From IMG/VR virus record IMGVR_UViG_3300037245_004196: DNA of 64,000 nucleotides. One strand, 5' to 3'. Within the stretch, counting starts at the first letter, position 1. Each line of letters opens with the position of its first letter. Positions 12,011 to 21,527 of the stretch are shown in pieces. Source of the stretch: an uncultured virus (IMG/VR IMGVR_UViG_3300037245_004196) (lineage: Duplodnaviria; Heunggongvirae; Uroviricota; Caudoviricetes). The notes beneath the pieces were generated by a model. The model worked only from the letters and a program-made list of their open reading frames with translations. It did not search any database and had not been told where the DNA came from. Made by a program: the position numbers and the translations under genes.

Positions 12011-12280
12011 GATATGAATAAGAAATATTGGAAAAATTTTAAAATATTTTGTTGGAAAATATTTCATTTTTTTTATAAGCCAAATTGTGAATTTTTAGAA
12101 TCCAATCATCTGTGTGCATTCGATTCATTCGCCAACACAGCCCCCTTACACTGCGATACTTCTTATCGAAATAAGTGTATATATCGCGAAAGTGGAAAAG
12201 ATTAATAGAATCGTTTTTTGTCTCATTATTGGCCGCTGAATCAAATTATTTATATGTATTAAAGTTAATACAGTTAATAC

Positions 12281-12442
12281 ATGTCGTCTAAAACTAAAAG
12301 AGAAGGGATTTCATCTATTTCTTTAGATGAGGAAACTCGTCAAATTCTAAAAGAAAGAGAAAAAGTGGAGATCGAAAAGAATGGAGCTTTTAATAAATCA
12401 GCATATTTACGAAAACTGATTAAAAATGATAATGGAAAATGA
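12281..12442 (+). CDS. Small RHH regulator, 53 aa (not in ORF track)
   Basis: ISSISLDEETRQIL...FNKSAYLRKLIKND; TTTATATG box 32 nt upstream; AGTTAATAC tandem repeat at 12263-12280. Confidence 0.7.
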   Translation: MSSKTKREGISSISLDEETRQILKEREKVEIEKNGAFNKSAYLRKLIKNDNGK

Positions 12443-12457
12443 TAGGAGGACATTATT

Positions 12458-14197
12458 TTGGTTAAAGCAAAACAATATACTCTTAAGTATTTCTTAGATT
12501 TGAGTAAGAAGAATAAAGCAATTTATTTTAGGGCGGCCAAAAACACTCACTTCTTTCTTTATAATCAAGGGATCATTCAATTTTTAATAAAAGTGGATGG
12601 AACTGAAGATTGGAAAGAAGTTTATACTTGGAACAATTTTAAATTTACCGGGAGATATCTTCAAAATCACGCGGATAAACCGGAATATTATGTAAATTTT
12701 GATCTGGATGGATTACACTATTATAATTTTTCAATTAAGGACCTAAAGAAAATCTTGTTTGAACATCATCTTAATTTTGGGACAGGAAAATATGCTTTAA
12801 ACAAGTTAATAGCATTAACTTTTAAAAAGGTAAAAATAAAAGAAATTGAAGTAAGGGAAGTAATGGGATTTACAGACAAATGGACTCTTCCAACTGATTA
12901 TTATTTTGACATGTTAAATTTTAGAAGAGAAGCGCGTGAAAATTTTAAAGCAGTTTGTACGATGAAAATTGATGCTGAAGATATCGTTAAAAAATATCGA
13001 GCTCTTTTTAATGCGACAACGATCGAGCATCGAGATCTGGTCTACGCTTATGGTGAAGTTGCACCTTTTTTATATGCTTTTAGAGATAAAATTGGTTTAT
13101 TACCCATACTTGGGCTTAATGGGCCAGCGCAATTAGGAAAAACATGGTTAGCGAAAATTCATACGGTAAAGAAATGGCATACATTTGATACGGTAATTGG
13201 GCCAACAAGTATTCGAACAACAGCTCGTGGTGATTCAATATTTACGCATGGAACACTTCCTGTTTGTATTGATGATGCGGAAAAATTACGTGATGATTTT
13301 TGCGGAATCATAAAAACTTATACTGCAACAGAGGATCGAGCGCGTAAATTAACAGCAGACCGAGGGATTGGAATGAATGCGATTTATTGTACCCCTTTAA
13401 TTTTAACTCATAATGTTTATCCAGAAATGTATGCCGACCCTAATTTTAGACAGAGAGTTGTGATCTTACCAATTAGAACTGTATCTAAATCAGAAGGGTG
13501 GTTAGATCTCTATGATGCAATCCCAGATGGCGCGGTAGGAAAATATGTTATGACACAAACAAAGGATATGACATTTGAAGACATATATTCAAAATATAAA
13601 TCCTTAGATTTAAAAAAAGATTATGATGAAAATCAGATTTCTGTATTCAAAGGTGACAATCGCGCTAATGCGATTCTTAGATTGTTTGCATTAGGAAAAT
13701 ATTTGGCTAAATGGCTTTATAATATTGATTTAAACATTTCATTATTGCCTTCTTTTATCACTTCTTCACGTATAGCTGGTTCTGAAGATTATTATACTCT
13801 TATTGAAAACATGATTAAAATAAGTAATAATTGGAATTGGAAACCTGAAAAAGCAAAAGATTATAGGGCGCATTATTGGGTTAAATCAGAAGTGGAAGAT
13901 GGGGAATTTAAAGACGAATATGGTTATTTTATTAATACTCAAAATCGTAAAGATTTAATGAAATTTATGGGGTTGAAAAAACTTTCTGCGGAAGATTTAG
14001 CGCAGCAGCTAATGGTTAAATGGCCCAAAATTCATAAAGGGAATCATTATATTTCTGGATATAGTATTTTCATACCATTGGAATATTTACAATCTCAATT
14101 ACCTCCCGAAATAGAATCAACAGAAAATGATGAGGAAGAAGAAGAAAATGATACATTAGAAGATGAGATTGCAGGTTTGTTCACTAATGCAGATTGA
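12458..14197 (+). CDS. DUF927-like P-loop replicative helicase/ATPase
   Basis: Walker A GPAQLGKT, Walker B VCIDDAE, sensor LILTHN, FRQRVVIL; acidic tail. Confidence 0.7.
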   Translation: MVKAKQYTLKYFLDLSKKNKAIYFRAAKNTHFFLYNQGIIQFLIKVDGTEDWKEVYTWNNFKFTGRYLQNHADKPEYYVNFDLDGLHYYNFSIKDLKKILFEHHLNFGTGKYALNKLIALTFKKVKIKEIEVREVMGFTDKWTLPTDYYFDMLNFRREARENFKAVCTMKIDAEDIVKKYRALFNATTIEHRDLVYAYGEVAPFLYAFRDKIGLLPILGLNGPAQLGKTWLAKIHTVKKWHTFDTVIGPTSIRTTARGDSIFTHGTLPVCIDDAEKLRDDFCGIIKTYTATEDRARKLTADRGIGMNAIYCTPLILTHNVYPEMYADPNFRQRVVILPIRTVSKSEGWLDLYDAIPDGAVGKYVMTQTKDMTFEDIYSKYKSLDLKKDYDENQISVFKGDNRANAILRLFALGKYLAKWLYNIDLNISLLPSFITSSRIAGSEDYYTLIENMIKISNNWNWKPEKAKDYRAHYWVKSEVEDGEFKDEYGYFINTQNRKDLMKFMGLKKLSAEDLAQQLMVKWPKIHKGNHYISGYSIFIPLEYLQSQLPPEIESTENDEEEEENDTLEDEIAGLFTNAD

Positions 14198-14819
14198 CAA
14201 AGAAGGAGAGAAATCTGCAAGTGAAATTATTTCTATCCCTGAAAAAATACCATCCCAGATTGTTATTGACGATAAATTAACCATTACCCGTCTTGGACAC
14301 ATGCGAAATAAATTGATAAATCTAAGAGGCGGATCTACATGGAATCAAGTGATTTTTTATCTCCTGGAACAAGAGATAAAAGTGGTGGCTTTTGAATCGA
14401 AAATCCAATCTTTAAAAGGGAAAGTTAAACAAACAAAAGAAATTCATCATGAAGAGACAAAAGAATATTTACGTTTGTCTTTGACTCGTCCAGCTGCACA
14501 GATGATGGCATTGGCACAAGCCAATTCTGGGAGTTCTTTGTCTCCTCCCCCTCCTCCGCCTCCTCCATTTTTAAAGAAAAAATATCGCGCTCCAAATACT
14601 AAGAATTTAAGAAAGGATTATGTTATTGAAGTTCAATCTGTTTTTACCGGTCAACCCCGTAAACCAACAGATATAATCCAACAAACTCAACCAAAATTTG
14701 CCGAGCAAGAACTTATTGAAATAGATGATGATTTTGAGATACCTAAGCTTGATATTATTTCAATTTTGGATGTCGAAGTAGAAATTGTTGCAATGAAAAC
14801 AAAAAAGATTAAGCATTAG
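14163..14819 (+). CDS. RHH-like/coiled-coil protein with P8 polyproline tract (start probably 14187)
   Basis: SQIVIDDK..TWNQVIFYLLE, coiled coil, SPPPPPPPPF, acidic C-terminal segment. Confidence 0.7.
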   Translation: MRLQVCSLMQIDKEGEKSASEIISIPEKIPSQIVIDDKLTITRLGHMRNKLINLRGGSTWNQVIFYLLEQEIKVVAFESKIQSLKGKVKQTKEIHHEETKEYLRLSLTRPAAQMMALAQANSGSSLSPPPPPPPPFLKKKYRAPNTKNLRKDYVIEVQSVFTGQPRKPTDIIQQTQPKFAEQELIEIDDDFEIPKLDIISILDVEVEIVAMKTKKIKH

Positions 14820-15180
14820 AATGAGCTAATATTTCAAATACCCCACTTGCAATAATTTTTGGTTCATCAGCAGATATTTCTAATTTGACACTATAATAAT
14901 AAATATCACGAATCAATTCTTTTGTATTAGATGGAACTAATGATACTTGATATTTACCATCTATTCCATCAGTTGTAAAAACAATTTCGGTCGATTCTTC
15001 ACCTTTTGCGGCAGTATTCTCTCTTTTAATTATTGGAATTTCATCAAGATCTTCTTTTACACTTTTAACTGAAAAAGTTAATTTGCCAGATGATATATCT
15101 TTAACCGCACCATCTGAAACCGTTGTTGCAATAGCTTCCCATTGTTTGTACATACCTCTATATATTTGTATTTTTGTCAT
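14809..15180 (-). CDS. BppU-N (DUF2479)-like Ig-fold protein
   Basis: IYRG...DISSGKLTFSVK...GKYQVSLVPSNTKEL...YYYSVKL...IIASGVFEI pattern. Confidence 0.65.
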   Translation of the reverse strand: MTKIQIYRGMYKQWEAIATTVSDGAVKDISSGKLTFSVKSVKEDLDEIPIIKRENTAAKGEESTEIVFTTDGIDGKYQVSLVPSNTKELIRDIYYYSVKLEISADEPKIIASGVFEILAHSNA

Positions 15181-15302
15181 TCAAGATCACTACTTATTTC
15201 ATTAATTGCATAAAGAGTAGAAGTAATTTCATTAATTGAAGTAAGTTCAGAAATAACTTCATTTATTTCATAAAGAGTGGATGTTATTATTTCATCTCCC
15301 AT
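15177..15302 (-). CDS. 41-aa peptide with 10-aa repeats (not in ORF track)
   Basis: MGDEIITSTLYEINEVISELTSINEITSTLYAINEISSDLE; ATGA overlap with 14809-15180. Confidence 0.6.
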   Translation of the reverse strand: MGDEIITSTLYEINEVISELTSINEITSTLYAINEISSDLE

Positions 15303-15452
15303 TTTTCTTTCTTAACCCTTTTATTAGTTTAATATCTATAAAAATTACAATACTCAAATATAATAAATATTCCTACAATTGGTTTAATATTTATGAGTTA
15401 ATATATCCATAAGATAAGATTTAAATTTACTACTACTACTACTTGTCTTAGA

Positions 15453-15581
15453 ATGGATGTTAAAGGAAATGAACAACAATGTCCAAAATGTAATTATGTC
15501 TGGAAAACGAAAGCAAAAATGATGTATATTACATGTCCTAATTGTCAAAGAAAATTTAAAAGAGAAGATAAAAATGAATAA
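15453..15581 (+). CDS. 42-aa zinc-ribbon protein (not in ORF track)
   Basis: CPKCNYVWKTKAKMMYITCPNC; TTTAAATT box 33 nt upstream. Confidence 0.75.
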   Translation: MDVKGNEQQCPKCNYVWKTKAKMMYITCPNCQRKFKREDKNE

Positions 15582-17120
15582 AGAGCAAATTAAATTTGAG
15601 CTTAGACAGCCTCCGAAACCACAACTAAGTAGATTAGAACAAGTGCGTAAAGCGAGAAAGGAAATATTGGCAAGGGTGATGATTCGTTCAGACGGTAAAA
15701 TCGCTAAACAATTAACTCAAATTATGAGAAATCAAGTCTCAATTGTTTCTCAACAAACAGAGAATTCTCAAATTTTGGTGTATCTTAGAGATCTTCTAAC
15801 CATAAATGCAAATTTTATAGAGAAATTAGCTCAACAATTAATTGACAAAGACATTATTGATGAGATGGCCGGTATTAAAAAAACAGTAAAAAAAGAAGTG
15901 AAAAAGAAAAATGAAAAGAAGTAGAAAAAAAATAGAAGAGTCTGACAATCACGTATTAGACCTAATAGAACATGAAATATTTCTCAAGCTTACAGTAGAG
16001 AAAACAGAAAAAGTAGATATAGCATCAATTATTCAATTACGAACATATCATCATCAGATTACATTGATGAAAGATACAGAAGATAATCTAATTGAATTTA
16101 AAGAAGAGCATAGGTTAGAAAAACCAAGAGAAAAAGAAGTGGAAGAGCACTTAAAAATATTGGTCAATTCATGTGAAGTAGATACTCATTGTTGTGAATG
16201 TACGCCAGGGCCTCATTTTGAGCGACATGCGTTTCATATTCAATATCCTAAAGGAGACTGTAAATGTAAAAAAGAGGATTATGTGAAACCGACAAATGAA
16301 ATAGGTTGAAAATAGATGAGTGAAAAACCAATAGATATTACAAAAATAATCTTTGATTATAGAATCCAATTTGTCTACTCAGATCGTGGGTGGGCATGGG
16401 TCTTATATGATGAAAAGAATGCGGTCGAATATATAAAAGGAGATCTACATGAAATCAACCAACAGATTCAGGCTTTAATCTTGAGAAAGATTAAAATAAA
16501 TGAAGTTGAAGATAAAAATGAGCCTCGCAAAAAAGTTAGGAACAAATCACAAAGCTGAATATAAAATTGGTGATTTAGTCTTTGTTTTTGGATCATGGAA
16601 AGGAACCGTCATTGGTATTCAAAAAGGGCGGATGGGGATAACAAAACAAGGGAATATAAGAGTCAAAACAAATACCTTTTTTTATAAAATAAGATATACC
16701 CATGAATGGATGGGAAAAATTAAAGAAGTTGTCGGATTAAAAGAAAGCTTCTGCCTTAGAAGGAGAAAATGAAAGATGGGCTTAATAAAGAAAATTAGAG
16801 AAAGAAAAGAAAAGAAAGTAGAAAAGTGGATTGAAGATTATGAGAAATTACCCTTTTATGCTTTTTCTCCAATTTTAGGAATGAGAGGAAGAGTTTGTCC
16901 GACTTGTTTTAAACGGTATAGAAGTTCTTATCGAATGTATAATAATAAAAATGAATTTTGTACTGGTTGTGGGACAAAGATTATTGCTATAAGAAATCAT
17001 ACATATTGTTTGAATTGTGGAAAATGTCTTTCCCATAGGGTTTGTTTTTGTGAAAGGTGTGGAACAAAAGTAGAAGAAAAAGCAATTGAAGAAGGTTCAG
17101 GAATCAAAGAAGAAAAATAA
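15574..17120 (+). other. Hypothetical, SH3-like and double zinc-ribbon genes
   Basis: ORFs 15574-15924, 15911-16309, 16316-16558, 16500-16772, 16776-17120. Confidence 0.7.
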
Positions 17121-17192
17121 GGGAAAATAGTCGAGTGGTCAGACGATCCGGCTCGCCCCGGATGGACGAGGATTCAACTTCCTCTTTTCCCG
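17121..17192 (+). tRNA. Non-canonical tRNA-like element or pseudo-tRNA
   Basis: 7-bp acceptor GGGAAAA/TTTTCCC, TA at 8-9, D arm GTC-GAGTGGTCA-GAC, ATCCGG-CTCGCC-CCGGAT, T arm GAGGA-TTCAACT-TCCTC. Confidence 0.65.
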
Positions 17193-17782
17193 TACTAACC
17201 TTTAGAGGTAAAAATTATGGACAGACATAAAAAATATTGGATGGATAAAACAACTCTTTTATACCATATTAAAAGTCTAATCAAATATGATGTAGGAGAT
17301 AAAGTGTTTGTATTTGAAGGATTTAGTAGTAGTAGAAGCATTCCTCGCGTGGGAACAATTAAAGGAATTAATATTGGTTATTCATATTCCGTTGATTCTC
17401 CAAGTCCTTATAATGTTGACTATCAAATGGAAGAAACTGAAAATAGAGTCTCCCAAGATAATTGTCGGAAATATGATGAGGAAATTGCTAATATGGTTGA
17501 TCAATACCATGCTTTTTTTGATGCGTTGAAGAAAGGAGAAGGATCGTAATTAAAAATGGCAAAAAAGCCGCAAACTTATATCACCTTTGAACTTTTCAAA
17601 GAGTTACCAAAAACGAAAGTCTTCCACATCTTAACCCGCTTAGATGAGAAGATCGGGACGATAAAGTGGGATGGCCCTTTTAGAAAATATTGTTTTTTTC
17701 CCGATCCTGAGACGGTTTGGGATGCCGGGTGTCTGAATAAAGTGACTGCTTTTTTAACCAAATTAATGGATGAGAGAAAAAC

Positions 17783-18406
17783 ATGAGTGAAGAAATCGAA
17801 CGAATGAAAAAGAGAGGGATATTGTTGGTCTTGGATATAGAGACAACGAATTTCTTTAATAAAGGCGGTAAGATTGTCGAGATTGGAATTGCTTCTTTAA
17901 ATCTTAAGACATTTGATATGTTATTAATTTTTAATGAAGTAGTTAAAGAAGAAGGATTTAATATAGCGGATTCTCAATATCCTAATGGATGGATATTTGA
18001 AAATTCCACACTAACTTTTGAGGAATGTCTAAAAGCACCAGCTCTGGGGTATCATATCTTTTTATTAAACGCGTTATTTAAACAATATCCGGTTACTGCT
18101 TTTAATAAACAATTTGATTTTCAATTCCTTAGAGATCGTGATATAAAAATTCCGTATGAATGTCCAGATCCTATGATTTGTTCCACAGATTATTTTAAAT
18201 TACCTCCAACTCAGAAAATGGTTTACGCAGGCCACGGTGATAGTTATAAATGGCCAAGCGTTCAGGAAGCATGGGATAAATTAATGGTGTCGAGTGTTAA
18301 AGAACCCCATCGTGGAGGTAAGGATTGTTTAATGGAAGCTAAGATTATTTCTAAATTATATCAAAAAGGGATCTTTAAATTTGACATTTCAAAACGAAAA
18401 ACTTAG
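17783..18406 (+). CDS. DEDDh 3'-5' exonuclease (DnaQ-like)
   Basis: LDIETT, AFNKQFDFQFL, HRGGKDC motifs. Confidence 0.9.
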   Translation: MSEEIERMKKRGILLVLDIETTNFFNKGGKIVEIGIASLNLKTFDMLLIFNEVVKEEGFNIADSQYPNGWIFENSTLTFEECLKAPALGYHIFLLNALFKQYPVTAFNKQFDFQFLRDRDIKIPYECPDPMICSTDYFKLPPTQKMVYAGHGDSYKWPSVQEAWDKLMVSSVKEPHRGGKDCLMEAKIISKLYQKGIFKFDISKRKT

Positions 18407-18758
18407 AGAAATATTTGATATTCCATTGGAAACATATTTATCACCTCAGAATAGGAATGCTGCATATCTATTGTGGAAAACCACCATGCTTACCAATATA
18501 AATAGTTTTTCCATCGAGTTATTTAATAAGAAGTTTGAAGAATTTTTTAGAAAATATGCCAAAAAATATTTTGATAATCTAAAAGACGACCTGGTGGATT
18601 TAATCGAATCACAATTTATGAAATTAAGAGAGGAGTTATTGAAGAAATGAAATGTGAATGTGGACATATCATTGAAGAGGGGTTGAAAATCTGTGAGACT
18701 TGTGGGAGAAAAGTTCCAATAATTAAGAAGGATCATGATCTTCAAAGAATAAGTATTT

Positions 18759-19106
18759 ATGCTGATAATAGGAAATCTCGAATACCATTGGAAATGCGGA
18801 GAGGGTATTAATATGGCTGTAAAGAAAGAAACATTATATGACCAAATACAAAATATGTCCACCAAAATCCTTGCTCTCTTGGAAAAACATGGACCTCTCA
18901 CAAGTGATGAAATATGTAATTGGTTAGATTATGAGAAAACTTCATGGGGATATAAGGGCCAATCAACTCTTTTACTCAGATTAAAAACACTAATAAGGGA
19001 CAGTAAAATAGTTCGTTTTTTAGCTGATGGAAATAACGTTGGTCGCCCCCCTGTTTTTTATAAATTACAAGAAAAATATGATTGGAATGGTGATGAAGAT
19101 GAGTGA
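18759..19106 (+). CDS. Winged-helix DNA-binding protein (start probably MAVKK)
   Basis: ILALLEKHGPLTSDEIC...RLKTLIRDSKIVR...GRPPVFYKL. Confidence 0.75.
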   Translation: MLIIGNLEYHWKCGEGINMAVKKETLYDQIQNMSTKILALLEKHGPLTSDEICNWLDYEKTSWGYKGQSTLLLRLKTLIRDSKIVRFLADGNNVGRPPVFYKLQEKYDWNGDEDE

Positions 19107-19302
19107 AAAACCAAAAGATTTTGATGAAGTATGGGATAAATTAAGGATCCCAAAGCGGATTACATTTGATTTAGAAGAATTTAAAACGTTTATTACAAGC
19201 TTGAAGACATTTGGAATAACGTTTACTCTTGATATGAAAGAGAATAAATTAAGATGTCAGTTTGGTGAAAATGTTGAATTTGAGATTTATGATGGGGGAT
19301 AA

Positions 19303-19884
19303 ATGATGCTGATCAAAAAAGAAGAAGTAGATTGGATTCAAGCAATAAAAGACGGTCATGTATTATGTGGATTGTGTAAGAAAATATTTGAAGAGAAGCA
19401 AGACCATGATTGTATAGATTATAGTCGTTCACAAAATCATGTCAAAAAAGAAGATGTGAGTTGGTGTGGTTTTATGGGATCTTTGAAAGTGATATGTCAT
19501 ATTTGTGGACAATCTTTTGAAGAAAAACAAGACCATGATTGTATCACGCCCTTGTTGTCTGCTAATTCTAAAGTACCAGATTTCCTATGTAGAAAATGTG
19601 GTGCGTTCAAGAAATTGAATGGTGTTGAACATGAATGTATTCCGATTAAAGACCAGGTAAATTTAGCCACGACAAAAAAGAATGAAATAGAGAAAAAGAT
19701 TATTGCATTATTGACTGAAGTTGAATTGGACCATCCTGGATGGGCAATTGAACGAGTTAAATTTGAATTAATAGAGATTGAACGTATGATGTTTGAGAAA
19801 ATATTAACATCAAAATGGGATGTGATTCATGGAAAACCGGTTGGAGGAATAATAATAGATGGGAAGAAGGAATTAAAATACTGA
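19303..19884 (+). CDS. Protein with three CxxC...HxC zinc fingers
   Basis: FEEKQDHDCI occurs twice; third copy HECI. Confidence 0.7.
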   Translation: MMLIKKEEVDWIQAIKDGHVLCGLCKKIFEEKQDHDCIDYSRSQNHVKKEDVSWCGFMGSLKVICHICGQSFEEKQDHDCITPLLSANSKVPDFLCRKCGAFKKLNGVEHECIPIKDQVNLATTKKNEIEKKIIALLTEVELDHPGWAIERVKFELIEIERMMFEKILTSKWDVIHGKPVGGIIIDGKKELKY

Positions 19885-20058
19885 TGTTGTATAAATGTGA
19901 GTGTTATTATAGGGTATTATTAGACGGGCATCTATTTTGCAAGAAATGTAGAGAATTATATAGAAGATTATTTCCAGATAAATTATTTAAAGAAAAAATA
20001 AAAAAAAGGGACATGGACAATTAAGCTTTAATCAAATTATCTATAAAAAAATACGTAT

Positions 20059-20361
20059 TTAATCCGCGTATTCTAATCCTATTTTTTCCCTTCTTTTTCG
20101 TTGGATTTTATCTTTAATCGGATCATATATTAACATCTTAACAAAATAATATACTAATATAAGAATCAAAGCAGCAAGGACAATCCCAATAAATAAAGCA
20201 AACAAACCCCAAAGAGGAACGGTCACCCACCATCCAGACCAAGTAATTAACCCGGTCAATCTTAATACAAGAAAAATATAAAAGAAGATTAGTAGTTGTT
20301 GTCCGAAATATCTTAAAGCTTTTGTTTGTTCATCTGTTAAAACTTTTTTTTCATTTCCCAT
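20059..20361 (-). CDS. Two-TM membrane protein (phage transmembrane Fragile-X-F-like family)
   Basis: LVLRLTGLITWSGWWVTVPLWG signature. Confidence 0.65.
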   Translation of the reverse strand: MGNEKKVLTDEQTKALRYFGQQLLIFFYIFLVLRLTGLITWSGWWVTVPLWGLFALFIGIVLAALILILVYYFVKMLIYDPIKDKIQRKRREKIGLEYAD

Positions 20362-20375
20362 TCAATCATCCCTTA

Positions 20376-20681
20376 TTATTTCTTAAGTATCTTATCCAGC
20401 AATATCTTAAAGAGCCTATATAGATATTGCCAAATCCATTGGAAGTCCTCTGCCCATTCTGCATTATATTCTTCTAATGCTTTTTTACCCGCGAGTAATA
20501 AATCCACGATAAACATAAAAAGCAAGACAAGAAGTTCACTATCCAGGGTTACTGATTTAAATTGAAGGAATTCAATAAGAATGATTAACCCAAATAGTAG
20601 AAGGGAAAAGAAGAAGTGTTTTAAGAAGTTATTAACCACGACCCTCTTATCCGCATCCCAGACTTTTACGATTGAAGCCAT
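20376..20681 (-). CDS. Small membrane protein, holin-like
   Basis: Two hydrophobic helices; TTTAAATG box begins exactly 30 nt upstream of ATG. Confidence 0.55.
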   Translation of the reverse strand: MASIVKVWDADKRVVVNNFLKHFFFSLLLFGLIILIEFLQFKSVTLDSELLVLLFMFIVDLLLAGKKALEEYNAEWAEDFQWIWQYLYRLFKILLDKILKK

Positions 20682-20727
20682 AAATATATTAATAGATTAC
20701 ATACATTTAAATATTATAACTTTCTTA

Positions 20728-20764
20728 GTTATATTAGTATAACTTAAAATTATACAAATATAAC
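20728..20764. promoter_or_regulatory. Pair of RTTATA-N4-TATAAY palindromes, 21-bp spacing
   Basis: GTTATATTAGTATAAC (20728) and ATTATACAAATATAAC (20749). Confidence 0.65.
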
Positions 20765-20932
20765 TTAGTGAAAAAATATGGTTGAATATGAAATAGAAGA
20801 TTGTGAGATTGCAACAACGAAGAATAAAGTATATGAATTTGTTGCACTCGTTGCTCATGAATGTGGCCTTGACCTCAATATTTCGGAAAAAGAAATAAGT
20901 GAAATATGTGAGGATAATTGGCACGATTTTAA

Positions 20933-21211
20933 ATGGTGAAAAAAATGGAGAAACCAAAGAAAAGAGATAAGCAAATCGTCTTCAAACTTTATGAAGAAGA
21001 GTATGAAGAGATAGAAGAGAAGCGAGGGAATTTCTCGCGCTCATTCTATATCCGGAACAAAGTATTTAATTCTGGATTAGATGATGAAACGAAGAAAGTA
21101 ATGAAGCTAATATTTGATGAAGCATGGGATAATCTTTCTGCTTCAAAACAAAAGATGTTAGTCCATAAATATGGAAGTGAAATCAAAACAGTACTGGAGG
21201 TACTTGTATAA
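20933..21211 (+). CDS. RHH-type DNA-binding protein
   Basis: KQIVFKLYEEEYEEIEEKRGNFSRSFYIRNKV. Confidence 0.65.
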   Translation: MVKKMEKPKKRDKQIVFKLYEEEYEEIEEKRGNFSRSFYIRNKVFNSGLDDETKKVMKLIFDEAWDNLSASKQKMLVHKYGSEIKTVLEVLV

Positions 21212-21495
21212 TGGGATTAGGAGAGGTAAAACAAGAAGCAGCAAAAGAATTTTTAGAAGATGCGATGTTTAGCGAAAATTTACCACGCATAAGAAAAAAG
21301 AAGGCAAAATTAAGTAAAGATGATATACTCCACTTACTTAAAGAAAAAGGGCCAACATCTATTGACCCGGACCATCAACATTTGGCAGAATATCTTTTCC
21401 CACCAAAAGATACCAAGAATCATCGGTATTTAAGACGTAATATTTTGGCTTCATGGGATTTTATCTTAGCTCATTGTGATCTCTTTTTAAAATAA
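21211..21495 (+). CDS. Hypothetical protein, candidate terminase small subunit
   Basis: Position immediately upstream of TerL only. Confidence 0.35.
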   Translation: MGLGEVKQEAAKEFLEDAMFSENLPRIRKKKAKLSKDDILHLLKEKGPTSIDPDHQHLAEYLFPPKDTKNHRYLRRNILASWDFILAHCDLFLK

Positions 21496-21527
21496 GTTTT
21501 TTTTACTTTGTTTTTTATAAGTTAGTT

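Noticed and set aside
14560..14650. Canonical WH2 domain
   Set aside because: LKKK precedes rather than follows the helix; kept only as a loose analogy
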